Below, in pieces: positions 9,092 through 19,462 of a stretch of DNA of 64,000 bases. Each line of letters opens with the position of its first letter. The stretch's first letter is position 1. This stretch comes from Candidatus Woesebacteria bacterium. GTDB lineage: Bacteria > Patescibacteriota > Microgenomatia > UBA10105 > UBA927. The notes under the pieces are model-generated. The model saw nothing but the letters and a program-made list of their open reading frames with translations. It did no database searches and was not told the origin of the DNA. Location of the stretch: positions 20,823 to 84,822 of the forward strand of contig JAGORV010000002.1 in NCBI GenBank assembly GCA_018062625.1, read 5' to 3'. The position numbers were made by a program, and so were the translations under genes.

Positions 9092-10036
9092 ATGCGCGTA
9101 CTTGTCACTGGTTCGCTTGGGTTTGATTACATTATGGATTTCTCCGGTCGTTTTGGTGATCGGATAGATCCAGATAATGTCCATAAAATATCTCTCTCTT
9201 TTTTAGTAGATTCCCTCAATAAACAATTTGGTGGAACTGCAGGGAACATAGCATATTCGCTTAATTTACTCGGATGTGACGCGCTAATTCAATCATGTGG
9301 CGGTAATGACTTCGCCCCATATAAAGCATTTTTGAAAACTGCAGGACTTTCCTATAAGTACATCAAAGAAATTGATTCTGTTACAACTGGTACCTATTTT
9401 GTGGTTACCGATAAGGATGATAACCAGATTGGATCTTTTTACAAAGGTGCGCTCGCGTTTAATAAATCACTTGCGCTTTCTGATGTTTCCGAAAAATTAG
9501 ATTTTGTGGTGATTGCACCAAATGATTTAGTTGCCACAAAACAGTATGTGAAAGAAGCGAGAAAGTTAGGCGTGCGTTACATGTATGATCCAGCGTTCCA
9601 GATAGGTGATTTTACTCCAGAGGATTTGCAATCAGGGATTGCGGGTTGTGACGTACTTATAGGAAATGATTACGAGATAGATTTAATTCAAAGTAAGCTT
9701 GGCGTAAGCCACGAAGAGCTTCTTGTAATGGGGCCAAAAGTAATTATCACAACACTCGGATCCAAAGGTTCGATTCTCGAATCCAGAAATGATGCGGTAC
9801 ATGTAGGTGTGGCGAAACCTAAAAATACCAGTGATCCTACGGGTGCAGGTGATGCGTATCGATCTGGATTTCTTGCAGGATATCTACGAGGTTGGGATCT
9901 CAAAATATGTGGGCAAATGGGCGCAGTTGCTGCAGCGTATACGGTGGAAAAATATGGAACGGTGACCCATACGTATACGAAGGCACAATTTGAAAAACGC
10001 TATAAAGAAAATTTTGGCACCATGATAAAACTGTAA
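9092..10036 (+). CDS. PfkB-family sugar/nucleoside kinase (possibly adenosine kinase)
   Basis: Ribokinase-fold signature DPTGAGDAYRSGFLAGYL near the C-terminus and an N-terminal GG motif. Confidence 0.8.
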   Translation: MRVLVTGSLGFDYIMDFSGRFGDRIDPDNVHKISLSFLVDSLNKQFGGTAGNIAYSLNLLGCDALIQSCGGNDFAPYKAFLKTAGLSYKYIKEIDSVTTGTYFVVTDKDDNQIGSFYKGALAFNKSLALSDVSEKLDFVVIAPNDLVATKQYVKEARKLGVRYMYDPAFQIGDFTPEDLQSGIAGCDVLIGNDYEIDLIQSKLGVSHEELLVMGPKVIITTLGSKGSILESRNDAVHVGVAKPKNTSDPTGAGDAYRSGFLAGYLRGWDLKICGQMGAVAAAYTVEKYGTVTHTYTKAQFEKRYKENFGTMIKL

Positions 10037-10040
10037 ATCT

Positions 10041-10595
10041 ATGGAATTTGGGAATGTTATACACACCTTCAAAAGTCGTAAAGGAAATACTGTAGAGCTT
10101 CGGTATCCCGCTAAAGATGAATTTCAGCCTTTATGGAACTTTGCCTGCGATTTGGCCGCAGAAGATACGTTTATAGAATTATCTGGTCCACCTCCAAAAG
10201 AAGATGAGGAAAAGAAGTGGTTTGATAGCATGATAAAAGATGTAGAAAATAACGACGCAATTTATGTGCACGCATATGTAAACGATCGATTTATAGGAAA
10301 TGGGCGAGTGTTGAAAGGGAAGTATCGCCATAGTCATGTGGGCCATATGGGGATTTCATTGGTACCTGAATTTCGAGAAGAAGGCATAGGGACTGAGCTT
10401 ATGCGAACGCTTATCAAGCAAGCCCCAAAAATTGGTATACGGGTGTTAGAGTTGTCTTGTTTTGAAAATAATCCTCGTGCGCTCCATGTGTATGAAAAAT
10501 TAGGATTTATAAATATCGGAGTTATGCCGAATGCTATCGCGTGGAAAGGTGGGTTTGTTGGAGAAGTGAAAATGTATTTGCCAGTAGTCAGCTAA
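10041..10595 (+). CDS. GNAT family N-acetyltransferase
   Basis: Acetyl-CoA binding pattern EGIGTELMRTLIKQA...LHVYEKLGF. Confidence 0.7.
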   Translation: MEFGNVIHTFKSRKGNTVELRYPAKDEFQPLWNFACDLAAEDTFIELSGPPPKEDEEKKWFDSMIKDVENNDAIYVHAYVNDRFIGNGRVLKGKYRHSHVGHMGISLVPEFREEGIGTELMRTLIKQAPKIGIRVLELSCFENNPRALHVYEKLGFINIGVMPNAIAWKGGFVGEVKMYLPVVS

Positions 10596-10666
10596 ATTAT
10601 CTTCTTGCTCTTGTGGAGTGTTTCATATATTGTAATGAAGTTCTAAAAATCTTCTGTCCAATTTAA

Positions 10667-11947
<1,281 letters not shown>

Positions 11948-11960
11948 GGTGTTAAGAGTA

Positions 11961-12515
11961 TTAACGATCACCTCGAACGTAGAAACTGCCTGTATGAGTT
12001 CTCAAGCCTTTCATTTGGCTAAAACCCCATTGGCCATCTCCGAGGTGATATCGTTGTCCGTCACCTAATCGAGTGGAAACACCAAAGAGAATATCAACAA
12101 GTTCACGTGGTTGGCTTCTGATTGGTAATAGCCCCCATGTATGTACATCGCCTCGAGCAGCAAACATTTCGCGAGATACGTCGTAGGCCTTTAATTGTTT
12201 GTGTGTACCTTCGCATAAATCCCGAATTGCTTGACGTGTGGTTCGCTCTGTTGAGGATTGCCAGTCTCTTCGATACACAAAGCGAACCTCGTGCGATTTG
12301 TGTACATTTACGCGTTTTGTAATATTCTCATATATTTCATCAGCAATCTGAAGTACTCGCTCAGGCTTGGTAACTCTTCCAATGAGTGGTATGTCAAATG
12401 ATTCGTGTGCCCACGGTAGTGCACCGTTTTGTAGAAGAAACGACCGATTTGGTCTTATCACTTCTTTCTGCATTACTATTGATTCGCCGTCAAACATAAT
12501 GTGGGGATTATACAA
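11961..12515 (-). CDS. hypothetical protein (184 aa)
   Basis: Intact ORF convergent with ahcY; no family recognised. Confidence 0.5.
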   Translation of the reverse strand: MYNPHIMFDGESIVMQKEVIRPNRSFLLQNGALPWAHESFDIPLIGRVTKPERVLQIADEIYENITKRVNVHKSHEVRFVYRRDWQSSTERTTRQAIRDLCEGTHKQLKAYDVSREMFAARGDVHTWGLLPIRSQPRELVDILFGVSTRLGDGQRYHLGDGQWGFSQMKGLRTHTGSFYVRGDR

Positions 12516-12638
12516 AACTCACATATGAATAGCTATATCAGTCGAAAATAGTGAGGCGTTTGCTTTTCTGATTTATTGTAATTTATATCACAAAGGAGTA
12601 TATTATAAGCTTCTTGAGAAGAAGGTTATAAACGTCTT

Positions 12639-12662
12639 CCCAATGCTCTGCATTGGGTTTTT
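12639..12662 (+). terminator. intrinsic terminator-like hairpin (8-bp stem CCCAATGC/GCATTGGG, loop TCT, T5)
   Basis: Perfect 8-bp stem plus TTTTT ending 7 nt before the ATG at 12669. A promoter-like TTGTAA-17-TATATT lies about 40-60 nt upstream. Confidence 0.5.
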
Positions 12663-12668
12663 ATATTT

Positions 12669-14258
12669 ATGAGCGTGACAGTAGAAGCGTGGAGTCCTAA
12701 GTTGACAGAAAATTTACCACGATTTGTGGACGCTCCGGAGTGTGATTTACGCTCACGAGAAGAAACGATCACTGCACTTCGAGCAGAGTGGCTCAAGGGG
12801 GCTGACTGGACTCCAAATTTACCCTCATTACTCGCGCAAAGAGGACTTCTCCGTATAGGGACATTTGGTTCTGGGGTGGGTGGAGCATTTGCATCCAAAA
12901 TGATCGCTGGTATACAGGAGAAAGTTCCTGAACGATCGGCCATGGTAGTAAATTTTGGTAAGCATTATGGTGGCCAAGCTCGTAGCTTGATCCATGATCC
13001 AGCGCATTTTTCTGGTCGTGAAGGGGGAGGAACGCGCGACATTGTGAGAAACTTATCAGCGCCACTTGTTTTTCCGATTCCGGGACCTTTTGATGCCGTC
13101 GGTATTGAAAAATATGTTCAGCAATACGGATTACATGGAGTGGTTATGGCGACCGGCGGACAAGAGCGACGAAATCCAAAACTTGACTATGATACCATCC
13201 CAGGAGTTCATACATTACGACAACGATATCTCACATCGTTTCAGGACGGGTTTGATCATGGTGTCCAACCTCGAGATCAAAAATTAAACTCCCGCGGAGG
13301 TTTGCCCAAAAATATTGTTATCGAAGGGTTAGGCCTCGCGACACAAGATGCGCTAGCAGATTTTGCTTTAGCCAATGCGGATGATGCGTTGGCAAAAACC
13401 GGGCATCCACTTGCACAACACGTAAATCCTCGTCGATTGTTTTCTACACCTAAATCAGGTTTTACTGGTCGAGTTACCGATAATCAAAAATTACGACTCA
13501 ACATGGAATCTTTAGGTCTTGGTTTAGCAGAAGATGCACATTCAGTACTTGTGTATAGAGGCACACCACAAGCATCGAGTATGGAAAAGGTTCCAGACTC
13601 TATGATTAAACTCGCAGAAGACTTAGCAAAAAACAATTCATGGGCTAGAAAGCAAGTTGAGGTTCTTACAAAAGTAAATCCCAAAATGTCACGAGTAGAT
13701 ATACTTGCAAAATTTGTACGTACACATGTAGGTGATTTCAAGCAAAGAGCTGCACAATCACTTGATGATTTATTGACAGGATATGGCTCAAATATATTGA
13801 CGAACCATGAAGTCATAGGAGTGCACCAGCGGGCAGATGATTTGCTTGACGTAGAAGTTCGCAATGTGGTCACAGGGCAAGAACGTACTTTAAAAGGTAG
13901 GGATACAGTAGTAACTTCTATCGGTACTATGCCCACAAAACTGCCTGACGTGTCGGTGCCAGTTGTTCAAATAGGCTTGGAGACGGGGAGCGGTAGTATG
14001 CAAGCCACGATAAAAATGGCGAGTGGTACGATTCCAGGTTTTATGGATGAAGTAGTGCAGAGAGCTACGGAAAATGGTTTACCTACCGTCGAAGACAATG
14101 CGTCTTTTGTACATTTGGTTCGCGCTCAACAAAAAGAAGCAGAATTTGATGGAGATTTGTTAGCGAAAGTTGTACGAGAAGCACCACCTGAGTTTATAAA
14201 GAATTGGCAACGCACGGGAAAATCGTTGTCACTCGCAGAGGCAGCATCTAGTAACTGA
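12669..14258 (+). CDS. FAD/NAD(P)H-dependent oxidoreductase (pyridine nucleotide-disulfide oxidoreductase, GltD/adrenodoxin-reductase-like)
   Basis: N-terminal dinucleotide fold GTFGSGVGGAFAS; ATGG..RNPK..IPG motif; second Rossmann NIVIEGLGLATQDAL. No RBS before the annotated ATG, so the true start may be further downstream. Confidence 0.6.
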   Translation: MSVTVEAWSPKLTENLPRFVDAPECDLRSREETITALRAEWLKGADWTPNLPSLLAQRGLLRIGTFGSGVGGAFASKMIAGIQEKVPERSAMVVNFGKHYGGQARSLIHDPAHFSGREGGGTRDIVRNLSAPLVFPIPGPFDAVGIEKYVQQYGLHGVVMATGGQERRNPKLDYDTIPGVHTLRQRYLTSFQDGFDHGVQPRDQKLNSRGGLPKNIVIEGLGLATQDALADFALANADDALAKTGHPLAQHVNPRRLFSTPKSGFTGRVTDNQKLRLNMESLGLGLAEDAHSVLVYRGTPQASSMEKVPDSMIKLAEDLAKNNSWARKQVEVLTKVNPKMSRVDILAKFVRTHVGDFKQRAAQSLDDLLTGYGSNILTNHEVIGVHQRADDLLDVEVRNVVTGQERTLKGRDTVVTSIGTMPTKLPDVSVPVVQIGLETGSGSMQATIKMASGTIPGFMDEVVQRATENGLPTVEDNASFVHLVRAQQKEAEFDGDLLAKVVREAPPEFIKNWQRTGKSLSLAEAASSN

Positions 14259-14315
14259 AAATTTCAACTCGGTTTTTGCTGGATTTTTGCTATGGTTTAG
14301 GATTACAATTGCTCC

Positions 14316-15527
14316 ATGACAGAAATAACTGTTTCTCAGCGTTTAGCTTCTGTTCCTTCATCTCCCATCCGTAAGCTCGTTCCCTATGCAGTTGCGGCCA
14401 AAAAAGCTGGGGTGCACGTGTATCACCTAAATATTGGTGATCCTGATATTAAAACTCCTCAGGTTATGCTGGATGTTTTGAAGAATTGGGATAGAAATCC
14501 CATCGGCTATGATCAATCACAAGGAAATCCAGAATTTATTGATTCGATGAAATCGTATTATCATAAACTTGGTTTTACATTTTTAGACAATTCTCATATT
14601 CAAGTGACGACTGGTGGATCAGAGGCAATTTCCATGGCGATGTTTGCTGTGGCAAACGCAGGAGATGAGATTCTCACCTTTGAGCCGTTGTATACCAATT
14701 ACAATTCTTATGCGGTGGTGACGGGTGTAACACTCAAAGCTATAGGTACGACTTCAGAAACAGGGTTTCATCTGCCGACACGTGAGGTTATAGAAAAGGC
14801 CATAACTCCGAAAACGAAAGCTATTCTAATTTGTAATCCAAACAATCCAACGGGCACAGTGTATACACAAGACGAAATTCGCATGCTTGTCGATATCGCC
14901 AAAGCCAAAGGATTATTTTTACTTTCGGACGAAGTGTACAGAGAGTACACGTATGATGGTAGAAAACATGTTTCACTTCTTTCCTTCATGCAAGAAATTC
15001 CCGATCAAGCAATTGTGCTGGATAGCATGTCAAAGAGATACAGCCTATGTGGTGTGCGTTTGGGTACGCTTGTTACACTGAATGCAAACATACTTGCTGG
15101 AGTGCTTGCGATTGCGCAAGGTAGGCTGTCTGCAGGGCTTGTCGATCAGATGATAGCGGCAAAGCTGGTCGATGTGCCAGATACATACTTGGAAGAAGTG
15201 CGTAGCGAATATGATACTCGCCGGCATGCATTGTATGAAGGATTAAAAGCTATAGATGGTGTAGTGATCCCGAAACCCGAGGGAGCGTTTTATACGATCG
15301 TTGGGTTACCAGTCGATAATGCAGAAAATTTCTGTAAATGGCTCCTTACCGATTTTCGAGATAACAACGAAACGGTCATGATCGCTCCAGCTGCCGGATT
15401 TTATGCGACAGAAGGCCGTGGAACCAACGAAGTGCGTATTGCATATGTCCTAAACACCGATTCCATACGGCGGTGCGTCGATATCATCGCTAAAGCAATT
15501 GTTGCCTATAACCAAAATTCAAAATAG
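14316..15527 (+). CDS. class I/II PLP-dependent aminotransferase (aspartate/aromatic type)
   Basis: PLP-lysine motif SMSKRYSLCGVRLG; 403 aa. Confidence 0.85.
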   Translation: MTEITVSQRLASVPSSPIRKLVPYAVAAKKAGVHVYHLNIGDPDIKTPQVMLDVLKNWDRNPIGYDQSQGNPEFIDSMKSYYHKLGFTFLDNSHIQVTTGGSEAISMAMFAVANAGDEILTFEPLYTNYNSYAVVTGVTLKAIGTTSETGFHLPTREVIEKAITPKTKAILICNPNNPTGTVYTQDEIRMLVDIAKAKGLFLLSDEVYREYTYDGRKHVSLLSFMQEIPDQAIVLDSMSKRYSLCGVRLGTLVTLNANILAGVLAIAQGRLSAGLVDQMIAAKLVDVPDTYLEEVRSEYDTRRHALYEGLKAIDGVVIPKPEGAFYTIVGLPVDNAENFCKWLLTDFRDNNETVMIAPAAGFYATEGRGTNEVRIAYVLNTDSIRRCVDIIAKAIVAYNQNSK

Positions 15528-15531
15528 TCTC

Positions 15532-16278
15532 ATGAAAAAAATAGAAAGAAAAAAAGCAAAGAAACTCGTATTGTTCGATATAGATGGCACGCTTACCTCG
15601 GTGACAGATAAAAGCATAGAATATTGGAAAAAAAGACTTGCTGCAGTGTTTGAAACCGTATTTCAAACTCCGATAGGTTTTGATTTACAAATCAAAAATT
15701 ATAACGGTATGGTCGATAGAAAAGTGCTCTGGAAAATAGCTGAAGAGCTGGGTATTTCACAGGATGTGTTCGACAAAAAATTTGATGAAGCAAAAGAAGT
15801 GTTTCATTCATATTTACAGGAAGCAGTGAATGAAGGAAAGGTAGAATATTTTCCGATAATAGATGCACAACGACTGGTGGAGCAGTTGCCGAATCACGAT
15901 CATATATCTATGGGACTAGTGACCGGCAACGTAGAAAAAAATGGATGGCTTAAGCTCCAAAGTGCGTCCCTCAATCGTCATTTTGTCGTTGGAGGATTTG
16001 GAGACACAGTCGTTGAACGAGTAGATTTGGTAAAGCTTGCTATCCAAAATGCATCCAAATATTATAATAACGAATTTCAGACACACGAAATTATTGTGAT
16101 AGGAGATACTGTGCATGATATTGTCGCAGCACGCGGTGCAAATGTTTTTGCTTTGGGGGTTGCAACGGGGCATACAGATACAGCCGATATGCTCAAAGAC
16201 GCAGGAGCAGATATGGTTGTTGATTCACTCTTAGATGAGCGAGTATTTGCGCTTCTTGAAATCGATCCGATTGTCTAA
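15532..16278 (+). CDS. HAD-superfamily hydrolase (phosphatase/beta-phosphoglucomutase-like)
   Basis: Motif I LVLFDIDGTL and motif IV GDTVHD. Start at MKKIERKK, just after the upstream stop. Confidence 0.8.
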   Translation: MKKIERKKAKKLVLFDIDGTLTSVTDKSIEYWKKRLAAVFETVFQTPIGFDLQIKNYNGMVDRKVLWKIAEELGISQDVFDKKFDEAKEVFHSYLQEAVNEGKVEYFPIIDAQRLVEQLPNHDHISMGLVTGNVEKNGWLKLQSASLNRHFVVGGFGDTVVERVDLVKLAIQNASKYYNNEFQTHEIIVIGDTVHDIVAARGANVFALGVATGHTDTADMLKDAGADMVVDSLLDERVFALLEIDPIV

Positions 16279-16279
16279 T

Positions 16280-17191
16280 ATGAAAATTTTTTCTGGTACA
16301 TCTAATCCGCAACTGTCTCAATCCATCGCAAGTGCATTGAGTGCAGAGTTAGGGAAGGTCGAGATTACTCGATTTATTGACAACGAATGTCGTGTGTTTA
16401 TAGATGAGGATGTATCAGGACAAGACGTAGTGATAATTCAGTCCTTGTCTATGATTGCGGATCAACATCTCGTCGAATTGTGTTTACTTGGACAAGCAGC
16501 AAAAGATTTGGGAGCCAAAAAAGTTATTGCAGTGATTCCATGGATGGGGTATAGCAAGCAAGACAAAGCTTTTCGTAAAGGGGAAGCGATCTCCGCGCAA
16601 CTCGTTGCCAAATTTATTGAAGCTGCTGGATTTGATTCTGTGATTACCGTAGAGCTTCATTCGGAGAATGTTATTCCGTATTTTCATATTCCTGTGACCG
16701 AACTTTCTTCCCATACACTTCTAGTAGATGCGCTGAAAAAACAATCGACCATATCGCTTGAACACGCATGTGTGGCATCTCCAGATCGAGGCGGTAAAAA
16801 TCGTTCGGAAGTATTTGCAAAAGAAGCACATTTATCCATGATATATTTAGATAAAACTCGTAACTACGAGACGGGGAGCGTATCAATCACAGGGAATTCA
16901 GCGGACGTGTCGGAGAAAGATATAGTAATTTTTGACGATATTATAAACACTGGCGCGACATCTATAGAGGCTGCACGATATCTCAAGGAGCAAGGGGCTA
17001 AACATGTATACATGCTTGCAACTCACGCGGTCTTGGCAGGGAGTGCGGTAACGGATCTTGAGGAAAGTTGTATCGATTATGTTTTTGTTACTGACTCAAT
17101 AGGTGTTCCACAATCCAAGAAGATTGATCGTATGTCTATTATTTCATTGGCCCCTATACTAGCAGTCGCAATATCTGCGAGCATACGCTAA
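16280..17191 (+). CDS. prs: ribose-phosphate pyrophosphokinase (PRPP synthetase)
   Basis: MKIFSGTSNPQLSQSIA N-terminus and PRPP-binding loop DDIINTGAT. Confidence 0.9.
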   Translation: MKIFSGTSNPQLSQSIASALSAELGKVEITRFIDNECRVFIDEDVSGQDVVIIQSLSMIADQHLVELCLLGQAAKDLGAKKVIAVIPWMGYSKQDKAFRKGEAISAQLVAKFIEAAGFDSVITVELHSENVIPYFHIPVTELSSHTLLVDALKKQSTISLEHACVASPDRGGKNRSEVFAKEAHLSMIYLDKTRNYETGSVSITGNSADVSEKDIVIFDDIINTGATSIEAARYLKEQGAKHVYMLATHAVLAGSAVTDLEESCIDYVFVTDSIGVPQSKKIDRMSIISLAPILAVAISASIR

Positions 17192-17201
17192 AATTCCATA
17201 T

Positions 17202-17813
17202 ATGTCAGTTCTTCCAAAAAGTGTTTCCAATGTTATTGAATCGTTTGAACGGCTCCCAGGGATTGGTCCGAAATCTGCACAAAGACTTGCGTTTTATTTG
17301 CTTCATGTACCACAAGAAGATTTGGAGCGATTTGCCAATAGTCTGAAAAATCTCAAGGTGCAGACGGTGCTTTGTTCTATATGTAAAAATGTCACCGAAC
17401 AAGATCCATGTGCTATCTGCATCAATCCTGCTCGAGATCAACACATTCTATGTATAGTAGAGCAGCCTACGGATGTGCTCTCAATAGAACGCACAGGAAA
17501 ATTTAAGGGGAGATATCATGTGTTGCATGGTTCTATAGACCCGCTTAATAATATTGGCCCCGATGAGATATACATAGATGACTTGCTTAAGCGATTGAAT
17601 GGTGCAGATAGTGCAGTGATAGAAATTATTTTGGCAACAAATCCAAATATGGAAGGCGAGGCGACAAGCATGTATATTCAGAAACAATTAACGGTAAACG
17701 GAAAAGACATAAAGATAACGCGTTTGGCTCACGGCTTGCCGGTTGGTGCAGATATTGAATATGCTGACGAGGTGACGCTTTCTCGAGCGCTTGAAGGTAG
17801 AACGGAGTTCTAA
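17202..17813 (+). CDS. recR: recombination protein RecR
   Basis: HhH N-terminus (LPGIGPKSAQRLAF), C4 zinc finger (CSICKN...CAIC), Toprim region. Confidence 0.9.
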   Translation: MSVLPKSVSNVIESFERLPGIGPKSAQRLAFYLLHVPQEDLERFANSLKNLKVQTVLCSICKNVTEQDPCAICINPARDQHILCIVEQPTDVLSIERTGKFKGRYHVLHGSIDPLNNIGPDEIYIDDLLKRLNGADSAVIEIILATNPNMEGEATSMYIQKQLTVNGKDIKITRLAHGLPVGADIEYADEVTLSRALEGRTEF

Positions 17814-17815
17814 TC

Positions 17816-18121
17816 ATGGTTACCCAAAAGCAAATAGAAGAAGTGTTAGCGACCATCCCTGACCCAGAAATTGGTGTTTCATTGTGGGACTTAGGTCTTA
17901 TATACGAAATTCATATAGATGCCAAGACAGGAAGCGTATCGGTAAAAATGACCCTGACAACTATTGGGTGTCCATTGTTTTCATTAATTGCAGATCCCAT
18001 AAAAAAGGAAGTTGGTAAACTCGACGGAGTCACAAAAGTGTTGGTTGAACTCACATTTGAACCTCCATGGACGATGGAACGCATGACCGAAAAAGCGAAA
18101 GCACAACTTGGTTATTTTTAA
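17816..18121 (+). CDS. DUF59/MIP18-family Fe-S cluster assembly protein (SufT-like)
   Basis: 101 aa, conserved TLTTIGCPL motif. Confidence 0.8.
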   Translation: MVTQKQIEEVLATIPDPEIGVSLWDLGLIYEIHIDAKTGSVSVKMTLTTIGCPLFSLIADPIKKEVGKLDGVTKVLVELTFEPPWTMERMTEKAKAQLGYF

Positions 18122-18124
18122 CAT

Positions 18125-18976
18125 ATGAAGGCAGTAGTTTCATCCTCTGAAATTATTCATTATTACTCTTCGAGCCAGTGGTTATATAATTATTTTTGGT
18201 CTCCTTACGCGCATGGTATGCATGTAGGATTTTGGAATCAAAAGACGCATACAGTGGATGAGGCAGTCGAAAATGAAAATGCCAGTGTATTGGCGTACGC
18301 GAATGTAAAAGCCACAGATACGGTGTTAGATGCTGGGTGTGGTATAGGTGGGACATCGTTATATTTTGGGCAAAAAACAAGGGCAACGATTGTGGGCATA
18401 ACGATAGTTGAATCTCAAGTTGCTCAAGCTACATCATTGTCTAAATCTGCAGATTTACATCCTCGTGTGTCGTTTCAAATTGCTGATTTTACGAAACTTC
18501 CATATGCTAATAACTCATTCGATGTGGTCATTGGCATAGAAAGCATCTGTCATGCATATCCTAAGAGTGCTTTTTTAGCTGAAGCATATCGCGTGTTAAA
18601 ACCTAGTGGTCGGTTAGTTATCGCCGATGGGTATATGAAACATCCGCCGAAAAATGATAAAGATCGCAAGTCACGTGATTTGTTTTGCAGATCGTTTGCA
18701 CTTTCCGAACTTATTGACGTACAAGCTATGGAGAGAAATATAAACAAAGTTGGGTTTCGAAAGATTATAAAAATAGATAAAACATCAGAAGTTCTTACTG
18801 GGGCTGCTGCATTGTATCGTAAAAGTCACGTACTGCAATCGCTTATACCTTTTGTTTCGCTGTTGCCATTTGCATGGGCTAGATCCATTGTGCGAAACGC
18901 TGCAGCGGCGCGAGCGTCTATGGGACTGTTATCGAGTGGTGTTGGGTGGTATGGTATATTCACCGCAATAAAATAA
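18125..18976 (+). CDS. class I SAM-dependent methyltransferase
   Basis: Motif I VLDAGCGIGGTSLYFG, post-I acidic residue, motif II; sterol/tocopherol/cyclopropane-synthase-like fold. Confidence 0.8.
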   Translation: MKAVVSSSEIIHYYSSSQWLYNYFWSPYAHGMHVGFWNQKTHTVDEAVENENASVLAYANVKATDTVLDAGCGIGGTSLYFGQKTRATIVGITIVESQVAQATSLSKSADLHPRVSFQIADFTKLPYANNSFDVVIGIESICHAYPKSAFLAEAYRVLKPSGRLVIADGYMKHPPKNDKDRKSRDLFCRSFALSELIDVQAMERNINKVGFRKIIKIDKTSEVLTGAAALYRKSHVLQSLIPFVSLLPFAWARSIVRNAAAARASMGLLSSGVGWYGIFTAIK

Positions 18977-18977
18977 T

Positions 18978-19454
18978 ATGGCAGGAAATAATATTTTTGG
19001 TCAAATAGGCGAGTCATTTGAGCAGATAGGAAAAGATGTTGTTCGAGAGACTGTTCAAGCTCCAAAAGATATAGTTGGCAAGGCTATGGAGAGTCTTGGT
19101 GCTGGTGGCGGAAAAAAATCACAAAAGTCGCAACCCAAGCAGGCTGCAGCTATGCCAGAGCCGGGGAGTCAAGAGGAGGCGACAGCGCAACAAGCCATGG
19201 AGATAAAAAAGGCTGTGGCACGTGCTGCCCTTCAAGAGCTGGCAGGTGGAGGACAAAAGCAAAAAGAGCCGACTGTTTGGGAAAAGCTTAAGCAAGAAGA
19301 GGAGCAGAAGAAAGAGATGAAAAAGAAGCAAGCCGAGGCAAACAAAAAAGCTTCGCTTCCACAGGTCACGAGTAAACGAAAACGTGGTGATTTATACGGC
19401 ATGAAAGCTAAAAAGAGTAGCACAGAAATTGGAAAGAATACCAGACAAGATTAA
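18978..19454 (+). CDS. hypothetical low-complexity K/E/Q/A-rich protein
   Basis: 158 aa, compositionally biased (GGGKKSQKSQPKQAAA..., EEEQKKEMKKKQAEANKK); likely disordered. Confidence 0.5.
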   Translation: MAGNNIFGQIGESFEQIGKDVVRETVQAPKDIVGKAMESLGAGGGKKSQKSQPKQAAAMPEPGSQEEATAQQAMEIKKAVARAALQELAGGGQKQKEPTVWEKLKQEEEQKKEMKKKQAEANKKASLPQVTSKRKRGDLYGMKAKKSSTEIGKNTRQD

Positions 19455-19462
19455 GTTATAAT

